DNA of 64,000 nt from Rhodospirillaceae bacterium. Lineage in GTDB: Bacteria; Pseudomonadota; Alphaproteobacteria; UBA6615. The notes beneath the pieces are model-generated. The model saw nothing but the letters and a program-made list of their open reading frames with translations, was not told the DNA's origin and ran no database searches. The stretch is taken from positions 3,133-67,132 of the forward strand of contig PASR01000002.1 of the NCBI GenBank assembly GCA_002713365.1, written 5' to 3'. Position numbers and translations under genes: made by a program. Positions 9,908 through 18,699 of this stretch are shown piece by piece; within the stretch, counting starts at the first letter, position 1, and every line of letters begins with the position of its first letter.

Positions 9908-10924
9908 TTATAGTGCAGCTTTGATTTTCTTTGCGGCACCCTGACTAACCCATTTTGTCCATACGCCTTCGTGACGAGTTAGAAACTCTATAGCGGCATC
10001 TGCACCATTAGCTTGGTTATCAGTCATAAACACCAGCATACTATTCATTATATCTCCAGGATATTTACGTTTTGCTAAGTATTCAGCAGCAACGCTACCA
10101 CGATTTTTAAATTCTGTGGTGATTACGGTTCGCACTGCTGACTCTGTCCAAGAAGAAGGTTTTGGAGATGCACATTCCTGTTCGGGTTTTACTATACAAC
10201 CATCCCAGTTTTTAGAGCCTGCAAATTTAGTTTCAAAAGGTAGCATTACTAAATTATATTTGCCTACTATAGCCGTGGGATTCCAATAGTAACCAAACCA
10301 ATTTTCACCGCGGTTAGCAGCTTTGGCTATGGATCCATCAAGTCCAGCAGCCGAGCCTGGATCTACTAAAACCCATCCCTTTTTTTCCATATTGAAAGCT
10401 CTAAATAAATTAGCATTGGCAAGTTGACAGCCCCAACCTGCAGGACACCCCATAAAGGCACCTTTTGATTTATCCTCTGCGTATGGAAAAAGATCGGGGC
10501 GTTCGAGTACCTTTTCAACTGAGTTTAGCCCTGGATTATCTTTTAAAAACTTTGGTGTTACCCACCAACCCTCACCTAGTCCAGTTATTGGTGCATTATT
10601 AACTACTTGCAAGCGGCCGGCATCAATAGCATTTTTTAAAGGTTCCCTAACGGCATTGACCCATAATTCAGGCGCCACGTCTGGTTTTCCTTTCTCATTC
10701 ATAGAAGTAAATGTAGGCATGGTATCTCCAGGAATAATTTCAGCATTACAGCCATATCCTTCCTGTAATATAATTTTATCCACGTTAGCCATTAGTTGAG
10801 CAGAGGCCCAGTTCATCTCAGATATTGTAATATCACCACATTCAGCATGCGAAGTATTAGATATGAAAAGTCCCATACTAAGTCCCATTGCGCACGCAAT
10901 TACGAATGTTTTTACCCGTTTCAT
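9908..10924 (-). CDS. proX: Glycine betaine/proline ABC transporter substrate-binding protein
   Basis: Signal peptide MKRVKTFVIACAMGLSMGLFISNTSHA, then ProX/OpuAC-like features (aromatic-rich NWFGYYWNP, MGCPAGWGC). I start at ATG 10924, where SD GAAGGA lies 7 nt upstream, rather than at the track's TTG at 10945. Confidence 0.85.
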   Translation of the reverse strand: MKRVKTFVIACAMGLSMGLFISNTSHAECGDITISEMNWASAQLMANVDKIILQEGYGCNAEIIPGDTMPTFTSMNEKGKPDVAPELWVNAVREPLKNAIDAGRLQVVNNAPITGLGEGWWVTPKFLKDNPGLNSVEKVLERPDLFPYAEDKSKGAFMGCPAGWGCQLANANLFRAFNMEKKGWVLVDPGSAAGLDGSIAKAANRGENWFGYYWNPTAIVGKYNLVMLPFETKFAGSKNWDGCIVKPEQECASPKPSSWTESAVRTVITTEFKNRGSVAAEYLAKRKYPGDIMNSMLVFMTDNQANGADAAIEFLTRHEGVWTKWVSQGAAKKIKAAL

Positions 10925-11274
10925 AATTTTTCCTTCTCTTAACAATTTAATATTTTTCGAGTCAGTGTGATTTATGTAATCTACCCGCAGAATAGAACTC
11001 GATTAATTGATTTTTACACCATATGAGTATAGCGTAGCCTGCTTTTAATCGAATAATGACATGCTGATACTAGCCAAGGCAAGGGGCTATAAATAATTAG
11101 ATAAGTGCCTCAACTGATCAAACAAATTAATTTATTAGTAAGAACTATAATCGGGCCATATGTAGAATAAAGAGATAAGTTAAAATTAATGACTTATTTT
11201 TAAAATAAACCTACTGAATCTTTAACTGATTTACACACCCATACACTAGATCAAAGAAACCAGGTGGCATTAAA

Positions 11275-12300
11275 ATGAAAGTTATTAGATTACATAAAAC
11301 TGGTGGTCCTGAGGTATTACAGATAGATGAGATGGACTCGCCTAAGCCCGGATTAGATGAAGTTTTGATTAAAGCGCATTCGATTGGTGTAGGACTCCCC
11401 GATCAGCTTATCCGCACAGGACGTTATCCCTGGATGCCTAAATTACCGACGATTCCCGGCATTGAAATGAGCGGTACAGTTGCTGCAATAGGAAAAAAAG
11501 TAACAAAATTTAAGGAAGGTGAGTCGGTTATCGTTTCAGCAGTTCCACAACGAGGTTGTTACGCTGAGTATATGGTTGCTGATGTTAACTGGGTATTTCC
11601 GTACTCTAAGACGATTAATCCTTCTTTCGCTGCTAGCTTAATTAATTATAGGGTTGCTTGGAATATTCTCCATACGGCCGCGCGGGTTCGTGCTGGTGAT
11701 ACAGTTGTGATAGTTGGCGCTGCAGGTGGGGTTGGAAATGCACTTCTCCAGTTGGCAAAAGCAGCTGAATTAGTAACGATTGCGCTGACGCGTAGCCCGC
11801 TAAAGGTTAAGTATTTAATTGAACAGGGTGCCGATCATGTAATTGAAACATCAAGTAATGATCTTTTGAAACAGATAAAAACGGTTACTTGCGGCCGCGG
11901 AGTTGACTTCTTTATAGATCCAGTTGGAGGTGTAAGTTTTGTTAATCACCTTGATTTACTTGCACCTATGGGAATGTTGATTATGTATGGCCTTATGGAA
12001 GGATTTCCTCCCGATGGTGTTTTTCGTGCTCAATGTAAAAACTGGGCGCGTAGCCCAGCTGTTCGCATGTTTTCTATCCATAGTTATGACGATCAGCCAG
12101 AGGTTACAGAAAAAAATGTAGAGATTCTATTGAAAATGATTGAGGACTTTAGGATAAGGCCTATGATCTATGCTGAGCTTCCTCTAAACATGGCTTCCGA
12201 GGCTCATAGATTACTAGAATCAGGTGATGTTATGGGTAAGATTGTTCTTCAGCCAGACAGAATAGAACCATTATACACAAATTTTTCAAATACTTTTTAA
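11275..12300 (+). CDS. NADPH:quinone oxidoreductase / zinc-independent MDR-family alcohol dehydrogenase
   Basis: 341 aa. GroES-like N-domain (PGIEMSGTVAAIGKKV), Rossmann motif VGAAGGVGNALLQLAK, and a C-terminal GKIVL typical of zeta-crystallin-like MDRs. Confidence 0.85.
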   Translation: MKVIRLHKTGGPEVLQIDEMDSPKPGLDEVLIKAHSIGVGLPDQLIRTGRYPWMPKLPTIPGIEMSGTVAAIGKKVTKFKEGESVIVSAVPQRGCYAEYMVADVNWVFPYSKTINPSFAASLINYRVAWNILHTAARVRAGDTVVIVGAAGGVGNALLQLAKAAELVTIALTRSPLKVKYLIEQGADHVIETSSNDLLKQIKTVTCGRGVDFFIDPVGGVSFVNHLDLLAPMGMLIMYGLMEGFPPDGVFRAQCKNWARSPAVRMFSIHSYDDQPEVTEKNVEILLKMIEDFRIRPMIYAELPLNMASEAHRLLESGDVMGKIVLQPDRIEPLYTNFSNTF

Positions 12301-12313
12301 GAGTTAATTATTT

Positions 12314-12784
12314 TTAATTACGAAAATTCTCATGACAGCTATTACAAGTGTTTTTAGTGTCTCTAAAACTTTTGGTTAATTGATTTAAATCATTATTTTG
12401 AGCATCCACAAACATTTTATTAGCGTTTGCCCTGAAAATATTAACGTTATCTTTAAATTTTTCAAATTCTTTCCATATATCATTACTAGCTGATGAAAAG
12501 TTAGTTTCCGAAGCCTCAGACCCTTGAGGAAAAAATTGTATCATGATATCTGCCCAATTTTTTATATTTTTTATATTCTGACTAGCTTTTGTAAAATCAG
12601 ATTCTAATATATTTTTTTTAATTGAATTCATAATCCTATCGGATTCTTGCATTTTATTAATACGGGTTAAAATTAATTTATCTGAAGCTGATGCCTCAAA
12701 ATTGATAAACAAAATTAGGAATATTAAAATAAACCTTAACAACGAGGCTTCCTCTCCGATGTCGATATTGTAGTACATAAACAA
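12314..12784 (-). CDS. Class II cytochrome c (cytochrome c'/c-556 type), exported
   Basis: A single CNSCH haem-binding motif sits a few residues from the C-terminus, which is diagnostic of four-helix-bundle class II cytochromes c. A hydrophobic leader ends in EASA-SD. The start is uncertain: a TTG at 12742, preceded by GGAGAGGAAG, would give the cleaner signal peptide MLRFILIF... Confidence 0.7.
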   Translation of the reverse strand: MFMYYNIDIGEEASLLRFILIFLILFINFEASASDKLILTRINKMQESDRIMNSIKKNILESDFTKASQNIKNIKNWADIMIQFFPQGSEASETNFSSASNDIWKEFEKFKDNVNIFRANANKMFVDAQNNDLNQLTKSFRDTKNTCNSCHENFRN

Positions 12785-12934
12785 GATTAGGTAGATTTAA
12801 TATAGAAAATTATTTTGCTTCATAAATAAATAAAGTAAACGAATAGTTGAAAACTTTTATAATATTTATATCGCTACATAGAGATTAAAGATAACCTAAT
12901 ATAATTTAAATTTTTTATTAAGGGAGGAACTAAA

Positions 12935-13540
12935 ATCAAAAGTTATTTAAGATATTTCTTACGATTATTTTCATTGTTTTTAGCAATATTAATTATACAA
13001 TTCTCAGAACTTAGAGCTCACGATATATTAAAGACAAATTTAGTTTTTCTTAAGGCTTATTACTCGCTTGATGAACCGCGTTTTCTATGTGTCGATATTC
13101 CTGGTCATAAAGAACGTGTAAATATTTCTCGTTCACTGACTGTTCATACTTGTAAAGAAGGTATTTGGCATCAAGATGAACTTTTTGATATCACAGCTGT
13201 ATCACAAGGTCTTCTAAAAATGTCAGAATATGATCTTTGTATAGAAGCTATATCATTAAAGAATAATACAGAACTTTTTCTAAAAACTTGTAATCAGTCA
13301 AAAATGCAGAATTGGCTGTATAGTAATTATAGACTAATACTCAAGGAAAATATGGATAAATGTCTTACTATTGTGAACGAACCATCGCGTCTTACAAGAG
13401 GAGGGCGACGATTAAATTCAAAACATATGGCACGTTCCCTTGTTATTGCAGACTGTTCCGAACAAGCATTTACTAGACAGATGTGGCGTTTCGAGGCACC
13501 ACAAGAACGTACTGGAGCAATTATGCCATTTAACAAATAA
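12935..13540 (+). CDS. Exported ricin-B/beta-trefoil lectin-like protein (function unknown), probable non-canonical ATC start
   Basis: QxW-type repeats (GIWHQDE, MQNWLYS, RQMWRFE) with paired Cys. The track starts at TTG 12974, but a strong SD AAGGGAGGA (12920-12928) lies 6-7 nt upstream of the in-frame ATC at 12935. That start yields a classical signal peptide (K/R-rich n-region, LFSLFLAILII, LRA-HD). Confidence 0.5.
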   Translation: MKSYLRYFLRLFSLFLAILIIQFSELRAHDILKTNLVFLKAYYSLDEPRFLCVDIPGHKERVNISRSLTVHTCKEGIWHQDELFDITAVSQGLLKMSEYDLCIEAISLKNNTELFLKTCNQSKMQNWLYSNYRLILKENMDKCLTIVNEPSRLTRGGRRLNSKHMARSLVIADCSEQAFTRQMWRFEAPQERTGAIMPFNK

Positions 13541-13695
13541 ATATTTCTGAATTAATGTATACAGAATAATATTCATAGTCGTTTTTATATTAGATATTAT
13601 ACCACTCTATTGCGATATTATAGTTAGTTCTATGGAAGACCACTTATTGATCATCCATCTTAAGTAAGGTTTAGGATTAGTATGGAGACGATGTA

Positions 13696-15714
13696 ATGAA
13701 AATGCTTGGTGTGGATGTTGGTGGAACGTTTGTCGATATTGTGCTCTATGATGACGTAAGCGGCGTTTTTGTTTCGACAAAAGTGCCATCTAGTTTACAT
13801 AACCCTGCCGATGCAGTTTTAAACGGCATAAAAGAAATTGATGTACAGCTTGAGACTGTTGATAGATTTGTACATGGAATAACTATCGGAACAAATACAA
13901 TACTAGAGCGTAAGGGTGCACCAGTATGGATGCTCACTACCGAAGGTTTTGGAGATACACTTGAGATAGCCAGAACTAACCGAGCTGCACTCTATAATAT
14001 TAAAACGCTTAAACCGCCTTCAGTGGTGCCAAGACAAAATGTTATTGAAATCAAAGAACGTCTTGAAGCTAGTGGGAAGGTTCTAAAAAGCTTGGATATA
14101 TCTGAACTAGATAACACTATAGAGTGCCTTTCTAATGAGAGACCTGCTGCGGTGGCAATATGTTTCCTACATAGTTATATCAATCGTAAGCATGAGGAAG
14201 ATGCTGCAATTCTTTTGAGAAAAAAACTTCCTCAATGGTTTATCTGCACTTCGTCAGAAGTACTTCCCGAAATGAGAGAGTATGAGCGATTTAATACTGC
14301 AGCTCTCAATGCTTATATAGGGCCCATTATAGTTGAATATCTTGATCAATTAGAGGCTCTGTTAAATGAAGCTGGCTATAAAGAGGTAGCTTACTTGATG
14401 ATTTCAAGTGGAGGAATCATAAATGTTGACAGAGCGAAGAAGTTCCCTATTCAGACCGTGCTTTCAGGGCCGGCCGGTGGCGTTGCTGCAGCAGTTAATT
14501 TAGGTAGAGTTCTTGGTCTTAATAATATGATTACCTATGATATGGGGGGTACAAGTACCGATGTATGTTTGATTCAAGGACTATCTATACCGCTAACGAC
14601 AGAACAATATATAAACCAATATCCGATACGAGCACCGCAGATTGAAATAAACACTGTGGGTGCTGGTGGAGGTAGTATTGCGTGGATGGATGATGGACAA
14701 ATTCTCAAAGTTGGGCCGCGCAGCGCTGGCGCTACGCCAGGTCCTGCTTGCTATGGTTGCGGTGGAAACGAGCCAACTGTAACAGATGCTAATATTATAC
14801 TGGGCCGATTGTCGATTGAGACAAAAATAGCTGGGGGTAGTATCAAACTTAATAGTGCTTTAGCAGAAACTGCTATTCGTAGAATTTCAAAGGAGATAGG
14901 TCTTACGATAAAGAAAACTGCCGAAGGGATTTTAAGGATTTCTGTAGCTCGAATGGTGAGTGCTATAAAGCAGATATCAGTTAGTCGTGGCTACGATCCT
15001 CGTGATTTTGTGTTAGTAGCATTTGGTGGGGCTGGTCCTTTGCATGCGGCTTTTGTGGCTGAAGAATTAGATATAAAGCACGTCTTGGTTCCTCTGAGTC
15101 CTGGAAATTTTTCTGCCTATGGTGCTTTGATTTCAGATGTGCGGCATGATTACGTACAAACTTTTCTTGCTAAAGCACAAAATTCCTCTCTTTCTAGTAT
15201 GTATGCTCTTTTTAATAAAATGGAGAAAGTTGCCTATGAGGTTATGTTAAAGGAGAATATACAAAAAAAGCAGATAAGCACGAACCGTGTTTGCGGCATG
15301 CGTTACGTGGGTCAGGCATGGCAACTGAATGTGCCAATTCCCGAAGAAGTCAGAAAAATTGAAGAATTAATAGACCTATTTCATGAAGCTCATGAGCAGA
15401 GGTACGGTTATAGAAGTGCTGATTCAGTAGAGTTTGTAGCATGTTCTTTATCTGTGATCGCTAATGTTGCAAAGCCTCGCTTAATGGAATGTGAGATAGA
15501 TAGTTCATTGAAAAAAGCTTCAGTCGATCGTAGGGTTGTATTTTTTTCGGGTGAGGAACACAGTACTCCCGTTTACAACCGCGATCTCCTACCTAGATCA
15601 GAAAAAATTAATGGCCCAGCCATCATAGAAGAAATGGGCGCTGTAACAGTAGTACCAACAGGTTGGACGAGCGAGATTGGTAAATTTGGTGAGATACACC
15701 TTAGGAGAATTTGA
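13696..15714 (+). CDS. Hydantoinase/oxoprolinase family, A (beta) subunit
   Basis: 672 aa. N-terminal GVDVGGTFVD ASKHA-type ATPase motif, plus GPAGGV and DMGGTSTD motifs typical of HyuA/OplaH. Confidence 0.9.
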   Translation: MKMLGVDVGGTFVDIVLYDDVSGVFVSTKVPSSLHNPADAVLNGIKEIDVQLETVDRFVHGITIGTNTILERKGAPVWMLTTEGFGDTLEIARTNRAALYNIKTLKPPSVVPRQNVIEIKERLEASGKVLKSLDISELDNTIECLSNERPAAVAICFLHSYINRKHEEDAAILLRKKLPQWFICTSSEVLPEMREYERFNTAALNAYIGPIIVEYLDQLEALLNEAGYKEVAYLMISSGGIINVDRAKKFPIQTVLSGPAGGVAAAVNLGRVLGLNNMITYDMGGTSTDVCLIQGLSIPLTTEQYINQYPIRAPQIEINTVGAGGGSIAWMDDGQILKVGPRSAGATPGPACYGCGGNEPTVTDANIILGRLSIETKIAGGSIKLNSALAETAIRRISKEIGLTIKKTAEGILRISVARMVSAIKQISVSRGYDPRDFVLVAFGGAGPLHAAFVAEELDIKHVLVPLSPGNFSAYGALISDVRHDYVQTFLAKAQNSSLSSMYALFNKMEKVAYEVMLKENIQKKQISTNRVCGMRYVGQAWQLNVPIPEEVRKIEELIDLFHEAHEQRYGYRSADSVEFVACSLSVIANVAKPRLMECEIDSSLKKASVDRRVVFFSGEEHSTPVYNRDLLPRSEKINGPAIIEEMGAVTVVPTGWTSEIGKFGEIHLRRI

Positions 15715-15716
15715 AG

Positions 15717-17753
15717 ATGTCTCGGACTGTAGATCCTATTACTCTTGAAGTTGTATGTGAGGGACTGATAGCTATAGTGAGAGAGATGCGGGCTTCCATT
15801 ATTCGTTCTTCTTACTCTCCTGCGATTTATGAACTTGATGATTTTTCATGTGCGTTATTTAATTCGAAAAGCGAATTGGTTGCACAATCAGAGGACCATC
15901 CCGGACACGTGATTCCAATGCCAAGTTCTGTAAAGAGCGCTATGGATGAATTTGGTGATAAAATTTTTCCCGGGGACATTATTTTGATGAATGATTCATA
16001 TCGGGGCGGCACTCATTTGAATGATGTAACACTACTTTTTCCTATATTTGATCATGATAAGCTTTTACTATTGCCAGCTGTTAGATCGCATTGGGCTGAT
16101 GTTGGTGGAATGGTACCCGGTAGCTATTCAGGTCTGGCAACAAATATTTTTCAAGAAGGTCTGCGAATGCCACCCATAAAAATTTATGAACGTGGTGTTT
16201 TGAATGAGGGTGTATTGACATTAATTAAGGCCAATATGCGTTTGCCGGAGCACCGAATGGGGGATTTACGAGCTATGATAGGAGCTTGTCGGATAGCCGA
16301 ATCTCGCATTCGCGAGGTTGTTGATAAGTATACAGCTACCACTGTAAAGGCGTGTATTGTAAGTAACCTTAATCGCTGTGAACAACGAATGCGAGACCGA
16401 ATCTCTGCTTTACCTGATGGGACTTATCACTATGAAGATTATTTGGAGTATTTTGATGAAGGAAATTTTGATCCGGTTTTGATGAGGTTAGCTCTTACTG
16501 TGGATGGTGATAAAATCATTGCCGATTTTGATGGGAGCAATCCACAAGTGCCGGGTGTGGTTAATTCATCTCATGCAGTAACTAGCGCAGGTGTATTTGT
16601 AGCTGTTAAATCAGTTCTTGATCCCGACGGAGCTATAAATGATGGAGTGTTTCGGGCGATTGAAGTTATTACACCGGAAAAGTCTATTGTTGATGTTAAG
16701 TTTGATGCACCGGCTGGTGCGCACGGGGAGGTTAGAAAGCGGGCTGTTTCAGTTGCACTAGGAGCTTTAGCTCAAATAGTTCCTGAGCTTGTATCTGGAG
16801 ACCTGTGCGGAACATCTTTTCCAAACTCTATTGGTGGAATTGATAATACCCGGAACCGTTCATACGTTTATTATGAAGTACCAGCGGGTGGTAACGGAGG
16901 GTTTATGGAGTCTGATGGTTCGAGTGCTTTTGTTAATGTGGATTTTGGAAATATTCGCTCTATTCATAATGTGGAACATTTAGAAAATGAAATGCCATTA
17001 CATGTTATACGCTGTGTGCTTCGAAAGGATTCGGGTGGAGCTGGTAGGTCACGAGGTGGCCTAGGTATGCAAAGAGAGATCCGTCTATTAGACTATGATG
17101 CAACTTATTCTGTCTTAAGTGATAGGGCAGTTGTACCACCATTTGGCACTGCAGGAGGAAAGTCAGCCTTACCAGTGTCTGTAACAATATGTAATGCTTC
17201 TGGTGAAAAGTCTCTTTCAACACCAGGTAAAGCAACGGGCAGAAAAATACACCAAGGTGACGTTGTCATAATGAAATCTGCTGGTGGTGGAGGTTATGGC
17301 TCTCCTTTAGACCGTGATGCAGACCTGGTAGTAAATGATGTGATGGTTGGTTATGTTTCAAGAGAGGGGGCCGAAAATGATTACGGTGTTGTAATAGATG
17401 ATACGGGACAGCTTGATAATGACAGAACCATCTTATTGCGTAAAAAACAGAAAGTTCAGCTAGCACCTCTGGTAGTTAAAGAAGAGGAGGTTGATTCTTA
17501 TCGAGGTATAAGAGGTCGCCACCGTATTGTTCGCCTTTCTCATAAGGTTTGTCAAAAACTAGGTATAGTATCAAATGATTTGGTGGAATTGATTGGTAGT
17601 ACCCCTGTTCCACTTCGTGCCTGGGTAGAAATAGACGAAGCACTTAGTGAAACCGTTATTCCCCTGGACGACTTTGCCTGCCGAGTTTTACGTGTTAGGC
17701 AGTCCGATCATGTGCATTTAAGGGTGATCTCATGTTCTATTCGACCTTATTAA
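15717..17753 (+). CDS. Hydantoinase/oxoprolinase family, B (alpha) subunit, with extra ~97-aa C-terminal beta-barrel-like domain
   Basis: HyuB motifs DPITLEV, NDSYRGGTHLND, GGGGYGSPLDRD and YGVV. I start at ATG 15717, where SD AGGAGA lies 10 nt upstream; the track's TTG at 15711 overlaps the hyuA stop. Confidence 0.9.
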   Translation: MSRTVDPITLEVVCEGLIAIVREMRASIIRSSYSPAIYELDDFSCALFNSKSELVAQSEDHPGHVIPMPSSVKSAMDEFGDKIFPGDIILMNDSYRGGTHLNDVTLLFPIFDHDKLLLLPAVRSHWADVGGMVPGSYSGLATNIFQEGLRMPPIKIYERGVLNEGVLTLIKANMRLPEHRMGDLRAMIGACRIAESRIREVVDKYTATTVKACIVSNLNRCEQRMRDRISALPDGTYHYEDYLEYFDEGNFDPVLMRLALTVDGDKIIADFDGSNPQVPGVVNSSHAVTSAGVFVAVKSVLDPDGAINDGVFRAIEVITPEKSIVDVKFDAPAGAHGEVRKRAVSVALGALAQIVPELVSGDLCGTSFPNSIGGIDNTRNRSYVYYEVPAGGNGGFMESDGSSAFVNVDFGNIRSIHNVEHLENEMPLHVIRCVLRKDSGGAGRSRGGLGMQREIRLLDYDATYSVLSDRAVVPPFGTAGGKSALPVSVTICNASGEKSLSTPGKATGRKIHQGDVVIMKSAGGGGYGSPLDRDADLVVNDVMVGYVSREGAENDYGVVIDDTGQLDNDRTILLRKKQKVQLAPLVVKEEEVDSYRGIRGRHRIVRLSHKVCQKLGIVSNDLVELIGSTPVPLRAWVEIDEALSETVIPLDDFACRVLRVRQSDHVHLRVISCSIRPY

Positions 17754-17778
17754 GTAATACCTACAGGAGGTTTAGTAT

Positions 17779-18648
17779 ATGAAACTGATAATTGGTGCGT
17801 CTGGAGCAGTTGGAATACCGACAATTAAGAACATGATTAAATCGGGTCATGAATTTTGTGTTTTGTCATCTAACGAAGAATCCGCACTTAAATTGCGCGC
17901 ATTGGGAGTTGTTAACGTCATTGTAGGTGATTATCGAGAAGATGGTGTGCTTGCTTCGGTAATGCGTGATGTACAATCAGTTTGCTATATTCCTGCTCGT
18001 CATATTGAAGATGAGCTAGAGGTAGGTAAATCCATAGTTGATGCGGCCAAGGTAGTAAAACTAGATCATTTTCTTTTTTGTTCTGCTTTTCAACCACAAC
18101 TCCAGAGTCTTAATCATCATTGGAAAAAACTATTATTGGAAGAGTATATTATTGATTCTGATTTACGCGCCACTATTGTTCAACCTTCTATGTTTATGCA
18201 AAACATACGTGTGGAATGGCCAACGATAATAGAGTGTGGAGAATATCGCCGACCTTACTCAACAGAAAGTCTCATGAATGTAATTGATGTTGATGATCTA
18301 GGAGAGGCAATGGCAAAAATTATGAATGAACCGCTACTGCAAGGGGCGACTTATCAGTTTTCCGGAGACGGTCCGATGAGTCATTCTGAGATGGCTAAGA
18401 AAATTTCTAAAAAGCTTGGCAAAAAGGTTAAAGCAATAAAAATTGACATTGAAGATTGGAAAAAATGGGCAATTGGGCGTGGGTGGACAGAGTATGGAAT
18501 AAACAATTATCAAAATATGTGCCAGCACTATGACGAACACGGTTATAAATATGCTAACAAATTAACACTTACGGCAATATTAGGGCGTGAACCACTAAAT
18601 TTCAGTGAATTTATTGAAAAATTTATAGAAGAGATCTATTTGAATTAG
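17779..18648 (+). CDS. NmrA-like / atypical SDR NAD(P)-binding protein
   Basis: 289 aa. N-terminal IIGASGAVG Rossmann motif and an NmrA-like length and layout. SD AGGAGG precedes the ATG. Confidence 0.75.
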   Translation: MKLIIGASGAVGIPTIKNMIKSGHEFCVLSSNEESALKLRALGVVNVIVGDYREDGVLASVMRDVQSVCYIPARHIEDELEVGKSIVDAAKVVKLDHFLFCSAFQPQLQSLNHHWKKLLLEEYIIDSDLRATIVQPSMFMQNIRVEWPTIIECGEYRRPYSTESLMNVIDVDDLGEAMAKIMNEPLLQGATYQFSGDGPMSHSEMAKKISKKLGKKVKAIKIDIEDWKKWAIGRGWTEYGINNYQNMCQHYDEHGYKYANKLTLTAILGREPLNFSEFIEKFIEEIYLN

Positions 18649-18699
18649 TAAAACATTAGCAACAATTTAATTTTTACCCGTTTACTAAGACATGTGATG

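Noticed and set aside
13648-13680. TGATCA/TCATCC upstream of hyuA as a further sigma-E-type site.
   Set aside because: The position 16 nt downstream reads TTTA/AGGA rather than CGTA, so only the -35-like half is present.
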